A DNA stretch of 42,447 nt from Candidatus Rokuibacteriota bacterium (lineage in GTDB: Bacteria; Methylomirabilota; Methylomirabilia; Rokubacteriales; CSP1-6). Positions 9,552 to 17,590 of the stretch are shown in pieces. The stretch spans positions 1-42,447 of the forward strand of contig JACQCL010000163.1 in NCBI GenBank assembly GCA_016201645.1. Reading direction: 5' to 3'. Each line of letters starts with the position of its first letter. Position 1 is the stretch's first letter. The position numbers were made by a program, and so were the translations under genes. The notes under the pieces are model-generated. The model saw only the letters and a list, made by a program, of their open reading frames with translations, did not search any database and was not told where the DNA came from.

Positions 9552-10280
9552 ATCCGTTACGCCCTTCTGTCGGACGTCCACGGCAACCTTGAGGCCCTGA
9601 CCGCTGTCCTCGATCACCTCGCCGGCACCGGCGCCGATGCCCTCGTGTGTTTGGGGGATGTGGTCGGCTACGGGGCGGATCCCGTGGCCTGCGTCGAAAA
9701 GCTGGTCGAGCGGGACGCTCGTTTCGTCGCCGGCAACCACGAGTACGGGGTGACCGATCGGCTGGATCTCCGCTGGTTCAACCCTTACGCTCGGGCCGCT
9801 GCCCTCTGGACCGCCTCGCGGCTCGACGACGAGCATCGAAGCTTCCTCGTCGAGCTTCCGCTCTCGCTCGAGATCGAGGGGGCCATGCTGGTCCATGCGA
9901 GTCCCAAGAATCCCGAAGCGTGGGAGTACCTGATCACCGCCCAGGAGGGATTTGCCGCGTTCGGCGCGTTTGAGACCCAGCTCTGTTTTGTCGGCCATTC
10001 CCATTGCCCGGGGGTGTGGTCCCTGGGGCCCTCCGGCGGAGCGTTCAAGCCCGGTCCCGACGAGGTCAGGCTCCTCGCCGGGTGGCGGTACCTCGTCAAC
10101 GTGGGGAGCGTCGGGCAGCCGCGGGACCGGGACCCGCGCGCCTGCTACGCCGTGTGGGATCGTGGGGCCGGCCGAATCACCTTCAACAGGGTCCTCTACG
10201 ACGTTGCAGCGGCTCGGGAGAAAATTCTGAAGGCGGGACTCCCCCGGTACCTCGGAGACCGCCTTACCCATGGTCGCTGA
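9552..10280 (+). CDS. Calcineurin-like metallophosphoesterase (YfcE/MJ0936-like), probable non-canonical ATC start
   Basis: Motifs DVHGN (9573-9587), GDVVGYG, GNHE and GH..P. The first canonical start (GTG 9645) lies downstream of metal-binding motif I. ATC 9552 gives MRYALLSDVHGN. See finding. Confidence 0.8.
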   Translation: MRYALLSDVHGNLEALTAVLDHLAGTGADALVCLGDVVGYGADPVACVEKLVERDARFVAGNHEYGVTDRLDLRWFNPYARAAALWTASRLDDEHRSFLVELPLSLEIEGAMLVHASPKNPEAWEYLITAQEGFAAFGAFETQLCFVGHSHCPGVWSLGPSGGAFKPGPDEVRLLAGWRYLVNVGSVGQPRDRDPRACYAVWDRGAGRITFNRVLYDVAAAREKILKAGLPRYLGDRLTHGR

Positions 10281-11790
10281 CCGGCTGGCGGCGCTCCTCG
10301 TCGGGCGGGTCAGGGTCCCGCTGCTCGTCACTTCGTCGGGCCTCCTGACCTTGGCATATCCCACGACTGACTGGTCGCTGCTCGCCTGGGTCGCCCTGGT
10401 GCCGCTCTTCGCCGCTGCCCTCGCTCGCTCGCCGCGCCAGGCGCTTGGCGATGGCTGGCTGATAGGCACGGTTTTCTTCATCCTCCTGCTCCGCTGGCTC
10501 GACCACACGTTCAGGCATTACAGCCTGATCCCGTGGCCGCTCACCTGGCTCCCGATCACGGGACTGGCGGCGTACTGCGGGCTCTACTTCGGCCTCGTGG
10601 CGGGGGTCGTGAGCTGGCTCGCTCAGCGCTGGGGCCCTGGCTGGTCGCTGGCGGCCGCGCCGTTCGTCTGGGTCGCCGCGGAGTGGATCCGCGGGCAGAT
10701 TCTCTCCGGGTTCCCCTGGGGGCTCCTCGGCTATTCCCAGTACCGCTACCTGGCAGTGATCCAGATCGCCGAGGTAACCGGAGTGTACGGCGTCTCCTTT
10801 CTGCTCGTCGCTGTCAACGCGGCGCTGGCGGCCGCCCTCGCTCTCGGCATTCGCCGGGCTCTTGTCCCAGGAGCGGTCGCCGCGGCGCTCCTGACCGGGA
10901 CGCTGGCCTTCGGCCTCGCGCGGCTCGGGGTGCCGGCTCCCGCGCGGACGATCCAGGCCGCGGTGATCCAGCCGTCCATCGAGCAGTCGCTCAAATGGGA
11001 TCCGGCCTACCAGGCGGAGACCCTCCGCATCTACACGACCCTGACCCAGGAGGCCGGGGAAGCAAAGCCTGCGATCATCCTGTGGCCCGAAACGGCCGCG
11101 CCAATTTTCCTCAGGCGGGACCCGCGCCTGGTGGCCGAGCTTCAGGTCCTCTCTCAGGAGGTCCGAGCGACCCTTGTCGTGGGGTCGGTGGACGGTGATC
11201 GAAGCGGCCTCTACAACAGCGCTTTTTTGCTGACAGGACGGGGAATTATAGCCAAGTATGATAAGATACATCTCGTTCCGTTCGGGGAGTATGTTCCCCT
11301 CTCACGGATCATCGGCTTCGTGAGGCGCTGGGCCGAGTTCATCTCGGAGTTCCAGGCCGGGGTCGCTCCCCAGGTCTTCGGGGAAGAGCCGGCGCCGTTC
11401 GGAGTCGTGATCTGCTACGAGGGGATCTTTCCCGAGTTGTTTCGGAAGTTCGTGGCGGGGGGTGCCGAGTACATGGTGAACATCACGAACGACGCCTGGT
11501 TCGGGACGACGAGCGGGCCGTGGCAGCATCTGGCGATGCTCCCGTTTCGCGCGGTGGAGAATCGGGTGGCGATTGCCCGGGCTGCCAACACCGGCGTGTC
11601 GGCGTTCGTGGAGCCCAACGGGCGGATCACGAAGACCCTCGGTCTCTTCGAGCGCGGCGTCCTGAGCGCCGGGATCCCACTCCGTCACGGCAAGACGTTC
11701 TACACGCGAATGGGAGATCTCTTCGCCTATGCTGCTCTGGCGATCTCGGCAGCCGGGCTCGCCCTCCGAGGCCTCCGGAGGAGCCGATAG
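10270..11790 (+). CDS. lnt: Apolipoprotein N-acyltransferase
   Basis: Multi-TM N-terminal half plus a C-terminal nitrilase/CN-hydrolase domain. Contains WPE, YDKIHLVPFGEY and the catalytic Cys in VVICYEGIFP. Confidence 0.9.
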   Translation: MVADRLAALLVGRVRVPLLVTSSGLLTLAYPTTDWSLLAWVALVPLFAAALARSPRQALGDGWLIGTVFFILLLRWLDHTFRHYSLIPWPLTWLPITGLAAYCGLYFGLVAGVVSWLAQRWGPGWSLAAAPFVWVAAEWIRGQILSGFPWGLLGYSQYRYLAVIQIAEVTGVYGVSFLLVAVNAALAAALALGIRRALVPGAVAAALLTGTLAFGLARLGVPAPARTIQAAVIQPSIEQSLKWDPAYQAETLRIYTTLTQEAGEAKPAIILWPETAAPIFLRRDPRLVAELQVLSQEVRATLVVGSVDGDRSGLYNSAFLLTGRGIIAKYDKIHLVPFGEYVPLSRIIGFVRRWAEFISEFQAGVAPQVFGEEPAPFGVVICYEGIFPELFRKFVAGGAEYMVNITNDAWFGTTSGPWQHLAMLPFRAVENRVAIARAANTGVSAFVEPNGRITKTLGLFERGVLSAGIPLRHGKTFYTRMGDLFAYAALAISAAGLALRGLRRSR

Positions 11791-11794
11791 ACCC

Positions 11795-12893
11795 ATGCTC
11801 GGTGAGCTGAAGCGCGACGTGCTCGAGTTCGAGCGGCGGCTGGACGACCTTCGAGGGCACCTTTGACCTTCCCTCCAAGGAGGAGCGTCTCCGTCTGATC
11901 GAGGCTGAAATGGCCTCTCCCATCTTCTGGGAGGAGAGCCGGCGCGCCCAGAGTCTGGTCCAGGAACGCGCCGAGCTGGCGCGCCTCGTCGGGCGCTGGC
12001 GGGAACTTTCCAGCCGGGCCGAAGAGCTCCGCCTCCTCTGGGAGCTGGCCGTTGAGGAGGGGGACGAGAGCGTCGCCCCGGAGATCGAAGACGGAGTCAG
12101 GAAGCTCCGCCACTCCCTCGCCGAGTTCCAGCTGAAGGTCATCCTGTCCGGACCCCACGACAAGAAGAACGCCATCGTCTCGATTCACCCGGGCGCCGGC
12201 GGGACCGAATCCCAGGATTGGGCTCAGATGCTCACCCGGATGTATCTCCGCTGGGCCGAACGCCAGGAGTTCAAGGCGGAGGTCGTGGACCTGCTCCCCG
12301 GCGAGGAGGCTGGAATCAAGTCCGCCACCATCGAGGTGAGCGGCGAGTACGCGTACGGCTACCTGAAGGGCGAAGCGGGGGTCCACAGGCTCGTGAGGAT
12401 CTCTCCGTTTGATGCGTCCCGTCGCCGTCATACCTCGTTCGCTTCGGTCTCCGTGATCCCCGAAGTCGAAGAGGTGGAGGTCGTGGTCAAGGACGAGGAC
12501 CTCCGGATCGACGTGTTCCGCTCCTCAGGACCCGGCGGGCAGGGGGTAAACACCGCGGACTCCGCGGTGAGGATCAGCCATCTGCCCAGCGGGATCGTGG
12601 TGCAGTGTCAGAACGAACGATCGCAGTTGCGGAATCGTGATACGGCGCTCCGGATCCTGCGCGCCCGGCTGTACCAGGTCTACGAGAAGAAGCAGCGGGA
12701 GGAGCTGGCCGAGCTCACCGGGGAGAAGAAGGAGATCGCGTTCGGGAGCCAGATCCGCTCCTACACCTTCCACCCGTATCAGCTCATCAAGGACCACCGG
12801 ACCGGTCTCGAGGTGGGGAACGTCGAGGCCGTCATGGAAGGCGAGATCGATCCGTTCATCCAGGCCTACCTTCTGTCCGGAAAGTCGGCGTAG
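11795..12893 (+). CDS. prfB: Peptide chain release factor 2, expressed through a programmed +1 frameshift: join(11795..11863,11865..12893), 365 aa
   Basis: Frame 1 reads [23 protein letters not shown] and then hits in-frame TGA 11864-11866 within CTT TGA C. The +1 frame continues [22 protein letters not shown]. The product carries the RF2-specific SPF (RISPFD) and GGQ (SGPGGQGVN) motifs. Confidence 0.93.
11852..11867 (+). promoter_or_regulatory. RF2 autoregulatory +1 frameshift site (internal SD-like GAGGG, 3 nt, slippery CTT, TGA C)
   Basis: The sequence CGA GGG CAC CTT TGA C matches the architecture of the E. coli prfB site (AGG GGG TAT CTT TGA C). Confidence 0.9.
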
Positions 12894-12894
12894 G

Positions 12895-14460
12895 ATGGAC
12901 GACAACGACCTGATCCGGCGCCGTCACGCGAAACTCGCGAACCTCCGGGCGCGCGGACTCGACCCCTTCGGGAGTCGCTATCCGGTCACCCACTGGGCCG
13001 GGCGCCTCGCCGGGCAACTGGCGGGGGCCACCGAGGAAGAACTCAGGGGGGTCGGGCCCGTCAGCGTTGCCGGGCGCGTCCTGACCCTTCGCCACCATGG
13101 GAAGACCTGTTTCGCGACCCTCAAGGACTACACGGGGACGATCCAGCTCTACGCGCGTGCCGATCAGCTGGGCGACGAGTATGGGCTGTTCACGGAGCTC
13201 GATGCCGGCGATTTCCTCGGCGTCACGGGCGAACTCTTCAGGACGCGCACGGGCGAACTGACGATCGGGGTGAAATCCTGGAGCTTCCTGACGAAGGCGC
13301 TCCGCCCCCTGCCGGAGAAGTGGCATGGGCTCAAGGACGTGGAGACACGCTATCGGCAACGCTACCTGGACCTGGTGGTGAACCCGGCGGCCCGCCAGGT
13401 GTTCCAGGTGCGGAGCAGCCTCGTGGGTGCGATGCGCGAGTTTCTGGACGCGCGGGGCTTTCTCGAGGTCGAGACTCCGATGATGCAGCCGATCCCCGGC
13501 GGCGCGGCCGCCCGCCCCTTCGTGACCCACCACAATGCGCTGGACCTGGATCTCTACCTCCGCGTCGCCCCGGAGCTCTACCTGAAGCGGCTCGTCGTGG
13601 GCGGCCTGGATCGGGTGTACGAGATCAACCGCAACTTCCGGAACGAGGGGATCTCGACCCAGCACAACCCGGAGTTCACCATGCTGGAGTTCTACCAGGC
13701 CTACGCGGACTACGGCGACTTGATGGAGCTGACCGAAGCGCTCGTCTGCCATCTGGCCCAGACCATCCCGGGCTCGCTCACGCTGACCTATCAGGGCGAG
13801 TCGATCGATCTCACGCCGCCGTGGCGCCGGGTGAAGTTCCACGAGGCGATCTCCCGGGAGCTGGGAGTTCCGGTCGCGCCCGAGACGGATCCGTGGGAGC
13901 TCATTCTGGGCCCCGCGCGCGGTCGTGTGACGCAGGTTGATCCAGCGGGAACGAAGGCGAAGCACTGGAAGGCCTTGTTCGAGGCGCTCGTCGAGCCCAC
14001 GCTCGTCCAGCCGACCTTCGTCGTCGAGTTTCCCATCGGGCTGTCGCCCCTCTCCAAGCGCAACAAGGACAACGCGGGCCTCGCGGACCGCTTTGAGCTC
14101 TTCGTGGCACGCCTGGAGATCGCCAACGCGTACACCGAGCTGAACGATCCCGAAGAGCAGCTGGCGCGCTTCAAGCAGCAGGCCATTGAGCGCGAGCGGG
14201 GCGATGACGAAGCGGAGCGGCTGGACCGGGACTTCGTCCGCGCCCTGGAGTTCGGCATGCCGCCGACGGCCGGCGAGGGCATCGGCGTTGACCGGCTCGT
14301 GATGCTGTTCGCCGATCAACCCTCAGTCCGCGACGTGATCCTGTTCCCCCACCTCCGCCCGGAGAGTACCTCGGAGGGGGGCGTTGCCCCCCTTCCGAAC
14401 CTCCCCCCTGGGGATTGCGCCGGCGAAGCCGGCGCTCGGAAACGCCCAGAGAAGACATGA
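12895..14460 (+). CDS. lysS: Lysine--tRNA ligase (class II)
   Basis: N-terminal OB anticodon-binding domain plus class II core ([39 protein letters not shown]). ATG 12895 is 1 nt after the prfB stop, giving the conserved prfB-lysS pair. There is a low-complexity C-terminal tail of about 35 aa. Confidence 0.93.
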   Translation: MDDNDLIRRRHAKLANLRARGLDPFGSRYPVTHWAGRLAGQLAGATEEELRGVGPVSVAGRVLTLRHHGKTCFATLKDYTGTIQLYARADQLGDEYGLFTELDAGDFLGVTGELFRTRTGELTIGVKSWSFLTKALRPLPEKWHGLKDVETRYRQRYLDLVVNPAARQVFQVRSSLVGAMREFLDARGFLEVETPMMQPIPGGAAARPFVTHHNALDLDLYLRVAPELYLKRLVVGGLDRVYEINRNFRNEGISTQHNPEFTMLEFYQAYADYGDLMELTEALVCHLAQTIPGSLTLTYQGESIDLTPPWRRVKFHEAISRELGVPVAPETDPWELILGPARGRVTQVDPAGTKAKHWKALFEALVEPTLVQPTFVVEFPIGLSPLSKRNKDNAGLADRFELFVARLEIANAYTELNDPEEQLARFKQQAIERERGDDEAERLDRDFVRALEFGMPPTAGEGIGVDRLVMLFADQPSVRDVILFPHLRPESTSEGGVAPLPNLPPGDCAGEAGARKRPEKT

Positions 14461-15710
14461 GCGTGAATCGCCCGTTCGAGATGCCGTTTGAGCTCTTTTT
14501 GAGTCTTCGGTATCTCCGCGCCCGCGGCCACCGGACCAACCTGTCGCTCTTCGTCTGGATCGGCGTCGGCGGAGTGTTCCTGGGCGTGAGTGCCCTGATC
14601 GTCGTGCTCGCAGTAATGACGGGATTTCAGGACGGCATCCGGGACAAGATCATTGCCGCCAACCCTCACGTCCTCGTCCTTGAAGGGGGCGGGCGGGGCG
14701 TTCGCGACGCCGGTGCCTTGGCGGAGCGGGTGCGGGCCGTGCCGGGAATCACGTCGGCGACGCCGTTCGTCCTCCAGCAGGCGCTCTTCACGGTGTCGGG
14801 CGGGGGCGCCACGGGCGGCCTCGTGCGAGGGGTGGACCTGGCAGCCGAGTCCGTGAGGAAGGATATCGGCCGCCAGCTCAAAATGGGGAGTCTCGAGCCC
14901 CTGGAGCTGAGCGGGGGCGAGCCCGCGATCATTCTGGGGCGGGAGTTGGCGAGGACCCTCGGCGTCATCCCCGGCGAGAGCGTGACCGTGATCTCCCCCC
15001 AAGGCGCGCTGACGGCGGTTGGTATGGTTCCCAAGATGCGCCGGTTTACCGTGGCAGGGACATTCGAGGTCGGCATGTACGAGTACGATTCCTCCCTCGC
15101 GTACGTGAGCCTCGCCGCGGCGCAGGAGTTCGCCGGCCTCGGCAACCGCGTGACCGGGATCGAGGTCAAGCTCAGCGATCCCTGGGAGGCCAAGACCATC
15201 GGCCGGGCGATCGCCACGAAGCTCGGCTTCCCCTACCTGGTGCGGGATTGGATGGAGATGAACCGGAATCTCTTCAACGCGCTCCAGCTCGAGAAGCTCG
15301 CCCTGTTCATCATCGTGACGATCATCGTGCTCGTCGCCGCCTTCGCCATCATCGGCCACCTCGTGCTTTTGGTCGCGGAGAAACGGAAGGAGATCGGCAT
15401 CCTGAAAGCGATGGGAGCCCCGGCGGGAAGCGTGGGGGCCGTCTTCCTCTCGGTGGGGATCCTCATCGGCCTGGTCGGGACCGTGGCCGGGAGCATCGTG
15501 GGGCTCGGCCTGATCTGGGTGCAGAACACTTACCGGATCATCCGTCTGGCGGGGGACGTGTACCAGATCGATTATCTGCCAATGAAGCTCACCTGGGGCG
15601 ATTTCGGGCTGATCACCGGCGCGACGCTTCTGATCTCGTTCGTGTTCACGCTCTTGCCCGCCCGCCGGGCGGCCCGGCTGGACCCGGTGGAAGTGCTCCG
15701 CTATGAGTGA
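14457..15710 (+). CDS. Lipoprotein-releasing system transmembrane permease, LolC/LolE family (FtsX/MacB-type)
   Basis: N-terminus [13 protein letters not shown], a large periplasmic loop between TM1 and TM2, and a C-terminal FtsX domain ([11 protein letters not shown]). ATG 14457 overlaps the lysS TGA (ATGA). It is followed by lolD. Confidence 0.88.
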   Translation: MSVNRPFEMPFELFLSLRYLRARGHRTNLSLFVWIGVGGVFLGVSALIVVLAVMTGFQDGIRDKIIAANPHVLVLEGGGRGVRDAGALAERVRAVPGITSATPFVLQQALFTVSGGGATGGLVRGVDLAAESVRKDIGRQLKMGSLEPLELSGGEPAIILGRELARTLGVIPGESVTVISPQGALTAVGMVPKMRRFTVAGTFEVGMYEYDSSLAYVSLAAAQEFAGLGNRVTGIEVKLSDPWEAKTIGRAIATKLGFPYLVRDWMEMNRNLFNALQLEKLALFIIVTIIVLVAAFAIIGHLVLLVAEKRKEIGILKAMGAPAGSVGAVFLSVGILIGLVGTVAGSIVGLGLIWVQNTYRIIRLAGDVYQIDYLPMKLTWGDFGLITGATLLISFVFTLLPARRAARLDPVEVLRYE

Positions 15711-16384
15711 GCTGCTGACCGCGCGCGAGGTCGAGAAGGAGTACCGGAGCGGGCCCCGAGCTAGTGCGAGTGCTCAAGGGCGTGGCACTCACGGTGGCAG
15801 AGGGCGAGGCCGTTGCTCTTGTCGGCGCCTCGGGGGTCGGGAAGTCAACGCTGCTCCACCTCCTCGGCGCCCTGGATCGCCCCACGGCCGGACAGGTCCT
15901 GTTCGACGGGGAGGACATTTTCTCTCGGTCGGAAAACGGTCTCGCGCGGTTCAGGAGGACCGAGATCGGCTTCGTCTTTCAGTTTTACAATTTGCTCGGG
16001 GAGATGACTGCCTTGGAGAACACCATGCTTCCCGCGTTGCTGCAACGCCTGCCCTGGGAAGAGGCTCGTGCCCGCGCTGCGGACGCGCTCTCCGAGGTTG
16101 GTCTCGGGGACCGGCTCAACCACCGCCCGGGAGAACTCTCAGGCGGGGAGCAGCAGCGCGTGGCCATCGCCCGCGCCGTGATGCACCGGCCGCGCCTTGT
16201 CCTGGCCGATGAGCCGACGGGCAATCTGGACCCGAAGACGAGCGAGGTGATCTTCGATCTCTTCTTGCGGCTCAAGGCCGAGCGGGGGTTGACGTTCGTC
16301 ATCGCCACCCACAACCAGGATCTGGCGCGGAAGGCCGACCGGGGGTACCGGCTCGTGGACGGGCGCGCCGTTGTCTGGCCTTAG
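15703..16384 (+). CDS. lolD: Lipoprotein-releasing system ATP-binding protein LolD, with the reading frame broken by 1 nt near 15751-15757
   Basis: Walker [11 protein letters not shown]-loop, signature LSGGEQQR and Walker [13 protein letters not shown] are all in the 15764..16384 ORF. The conserved N-terminal strand [18 protein letters not shown] is in the frame starting at ATG 15703 (ATGAGTGA overlap with the permease gene). The longest uninterrupted ORF is 15764..16384. See finding. Confidence 0.85.
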
Positions 16385-16393
16385 TGTTACACT
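16385..16393 (+). promoter_or_regulatory. Putative extended -10 promoter element (TGTTACACT) upstream of ilvE
   Basis: TG at 16385-16386, one nt, then TACACT at 16388-16393, 35 nt before the ilvE ATG. I found no good -35. It is the same hexamer as at 3909 and 37620. Confidence 0.35.
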
Positions 16394-16428
16394 CTTCCTG
16401 GACGGCAATACTCAATGCGAGGGCGACC

Positions 16429-17496
16429 ATGAGCGAGGCGGTCCGGATTACCCGAGCGGCCACCAAGAAGCCAAAGCCCAAGGACAGCGAGCTCGGGTTT
16501 GGCACGGTCTTCACCGATCACATGTTCCTGGCCGACTTCCAGGAGGAGAAGGGCTGGTACGACCCGCGGATCGAGCCATACGGTCCTCTCACCCTGGACC
16601 CGGCGGCGGCGGTGTTTCACTACGCGCAGGCCATCTTCGAGGGGCTCAAGGCGTTCCGCGGCGTGGACGGACGGGTGCGCCTGTTCCGCCCCGACAAGCA
16701 CATCGAGCGGCTCAACAACTCCGCCAGGCGAATGTGCATCCCTCCGCTCGATCCGGATTGGGCACTCCGGTCGCTCGTGGAACTGGTCGGGCTTGAGCGC
16801 GACTGGGTGCCCGCGAGCCTCGGCACGTCGCTCTACGTCCGGCCGACGATCATCGCCACCGAGCCGTTCCTTGGCGTCCGGCCGGCGAAAGCGTACGTCT
16901 ACTACGTGATCCTGTCGCCCGTCGGCGCCTACTACGCTGAAGGGATGAATCCGGTAAAGATCCTCGTCGTGGACAAGTACGTCCGTGCCGTGCCGGGCGG
17001 GGTCGGCGCGGCGAAGACTGGCGGGAATTATGCCGCGAGCCTCCTCGCCTCCGAAGAGGCACACCGCGCCGGGTTCACCCAGGTCCTCTGGCTCGACGGC
17101 GCCGAGCGGAGGTACGTGGAGGAGGTCGGCACCATGAACATCATGTTCCGGCTGGGGGATCAGGTCGTCACCCCGCCGCTCACGGGCTCGATCCTCCCCG
17201 GCGTCACCCGCGACTCCGCGCTCAATCTCTTGCGCGAGTGGGGGCTCTCCGTGTCCGAGCGGCAGATCGCGATTGATGAGGTGATCGCCGCCGCCCGGAG
17301 CGGAAGGCTCCGCGAGGCCTGGGGGACAGGGACGGCCGCGGTCATCTCGCCGGTTGGCGAGCTCTCGTATCGGGGCGAGCGGATCGCCATCAATGCCGGA
17401 CGGATCGGGGAGCTGACCCAACGCCTCTACCAGGCGATCGTCGAGATCCAGTACGCGAAGGTCCCCGACACGCGCGGCTGGACCTTGGAGGCTTAG
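16429..17496 (+). CDS. ilvE: Branched-chain amino acid aminotransferase (fold type IV, long form, about 355 aa)
   Basis: GFGTVFTDHMF, YAQAIFEGLKAFR, AKTGGNYAASL and LPGVTR motifs. ATG 16429. Confidence 0.9.
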   Translation: MSEAVRITRAATKKPKPKDSELGFGTVFTDHMFLADFQEEKGWYDPRIEPYGPLTLDPAAAVFHYAQAIFEGLKAFRGVDGRVRLFRPDKHIERLNNSARRMCIPPLDPDWALRSLVELVGLERDWVPASLGTSLYVRPTIIATEPFLGVRPAKAYVYYVILSPVGAYYAEGMNPVKILVVDKYVRAVPGGVGAAKTGGNYAASLLASEEAHRAGFTQVLWLDGAERRYVEEVGTMNIMFRLGDQVVTPPLTGSILPGVTRDSALNLLREWGLSVSERQIAIDEVIAAARSGRLREAWGTGTAAVISPVGELSYRGERIAINAGRIGELTQRLYQAIVEIQYAKVPDTRGWTLEA

Positions 17497-17506
17497 GGCC
17501 GACCGA

Positions 17507-17534
17507 TTGATCAAAGCTAGCAGAGAATTAGTCT
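17507..17534 (+). promoter_or_regulatory. Possible promoter for clpC
   Basis: TTGATC (17507-17512), 16-nt spacer, TAGTCT (17529-17534), in the ilvE-clpC gap. Both hexamers are weak matches. Confidence 0.3.
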
Positions 17535-17590
17535 GGGCGCCGGGCATCTCGGTCCGGGGCTGCCAAAGAAAAGGCTAGCAGGGGTCCAAT

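Noticed and set aside
17576-17578. Considered whether TAG 17576 is read through or reassigned, which would extend clpC upstream to TTG 17507.
   Set aside because: The upstream in-frame peptide (LIKASRELVWAPGISVRGCQRKG) has no ClpC similarity. TAG is used as a normal stop for ftsY, prfB, lnt and other genes in this window.
17497-17590. Possible operator in the clpC leader. Candidates: the TTGATCAA palindrome (17507-17514), a duplicated GCTAGCAG 8-mer (17516-17523 and 17574-17581), and a search for CtsR (GGTCAAA direct repeat) or CIRCE (TTAGCACTC-N9-GAGTGCTAA) sites.
   Set aside because: There is no match to the CtsR or CIRCE consensus. A single exact 8-mer repeat within about 180 nt is close to chance expectation (order 0.2-0.3), and the flanks match only partially.
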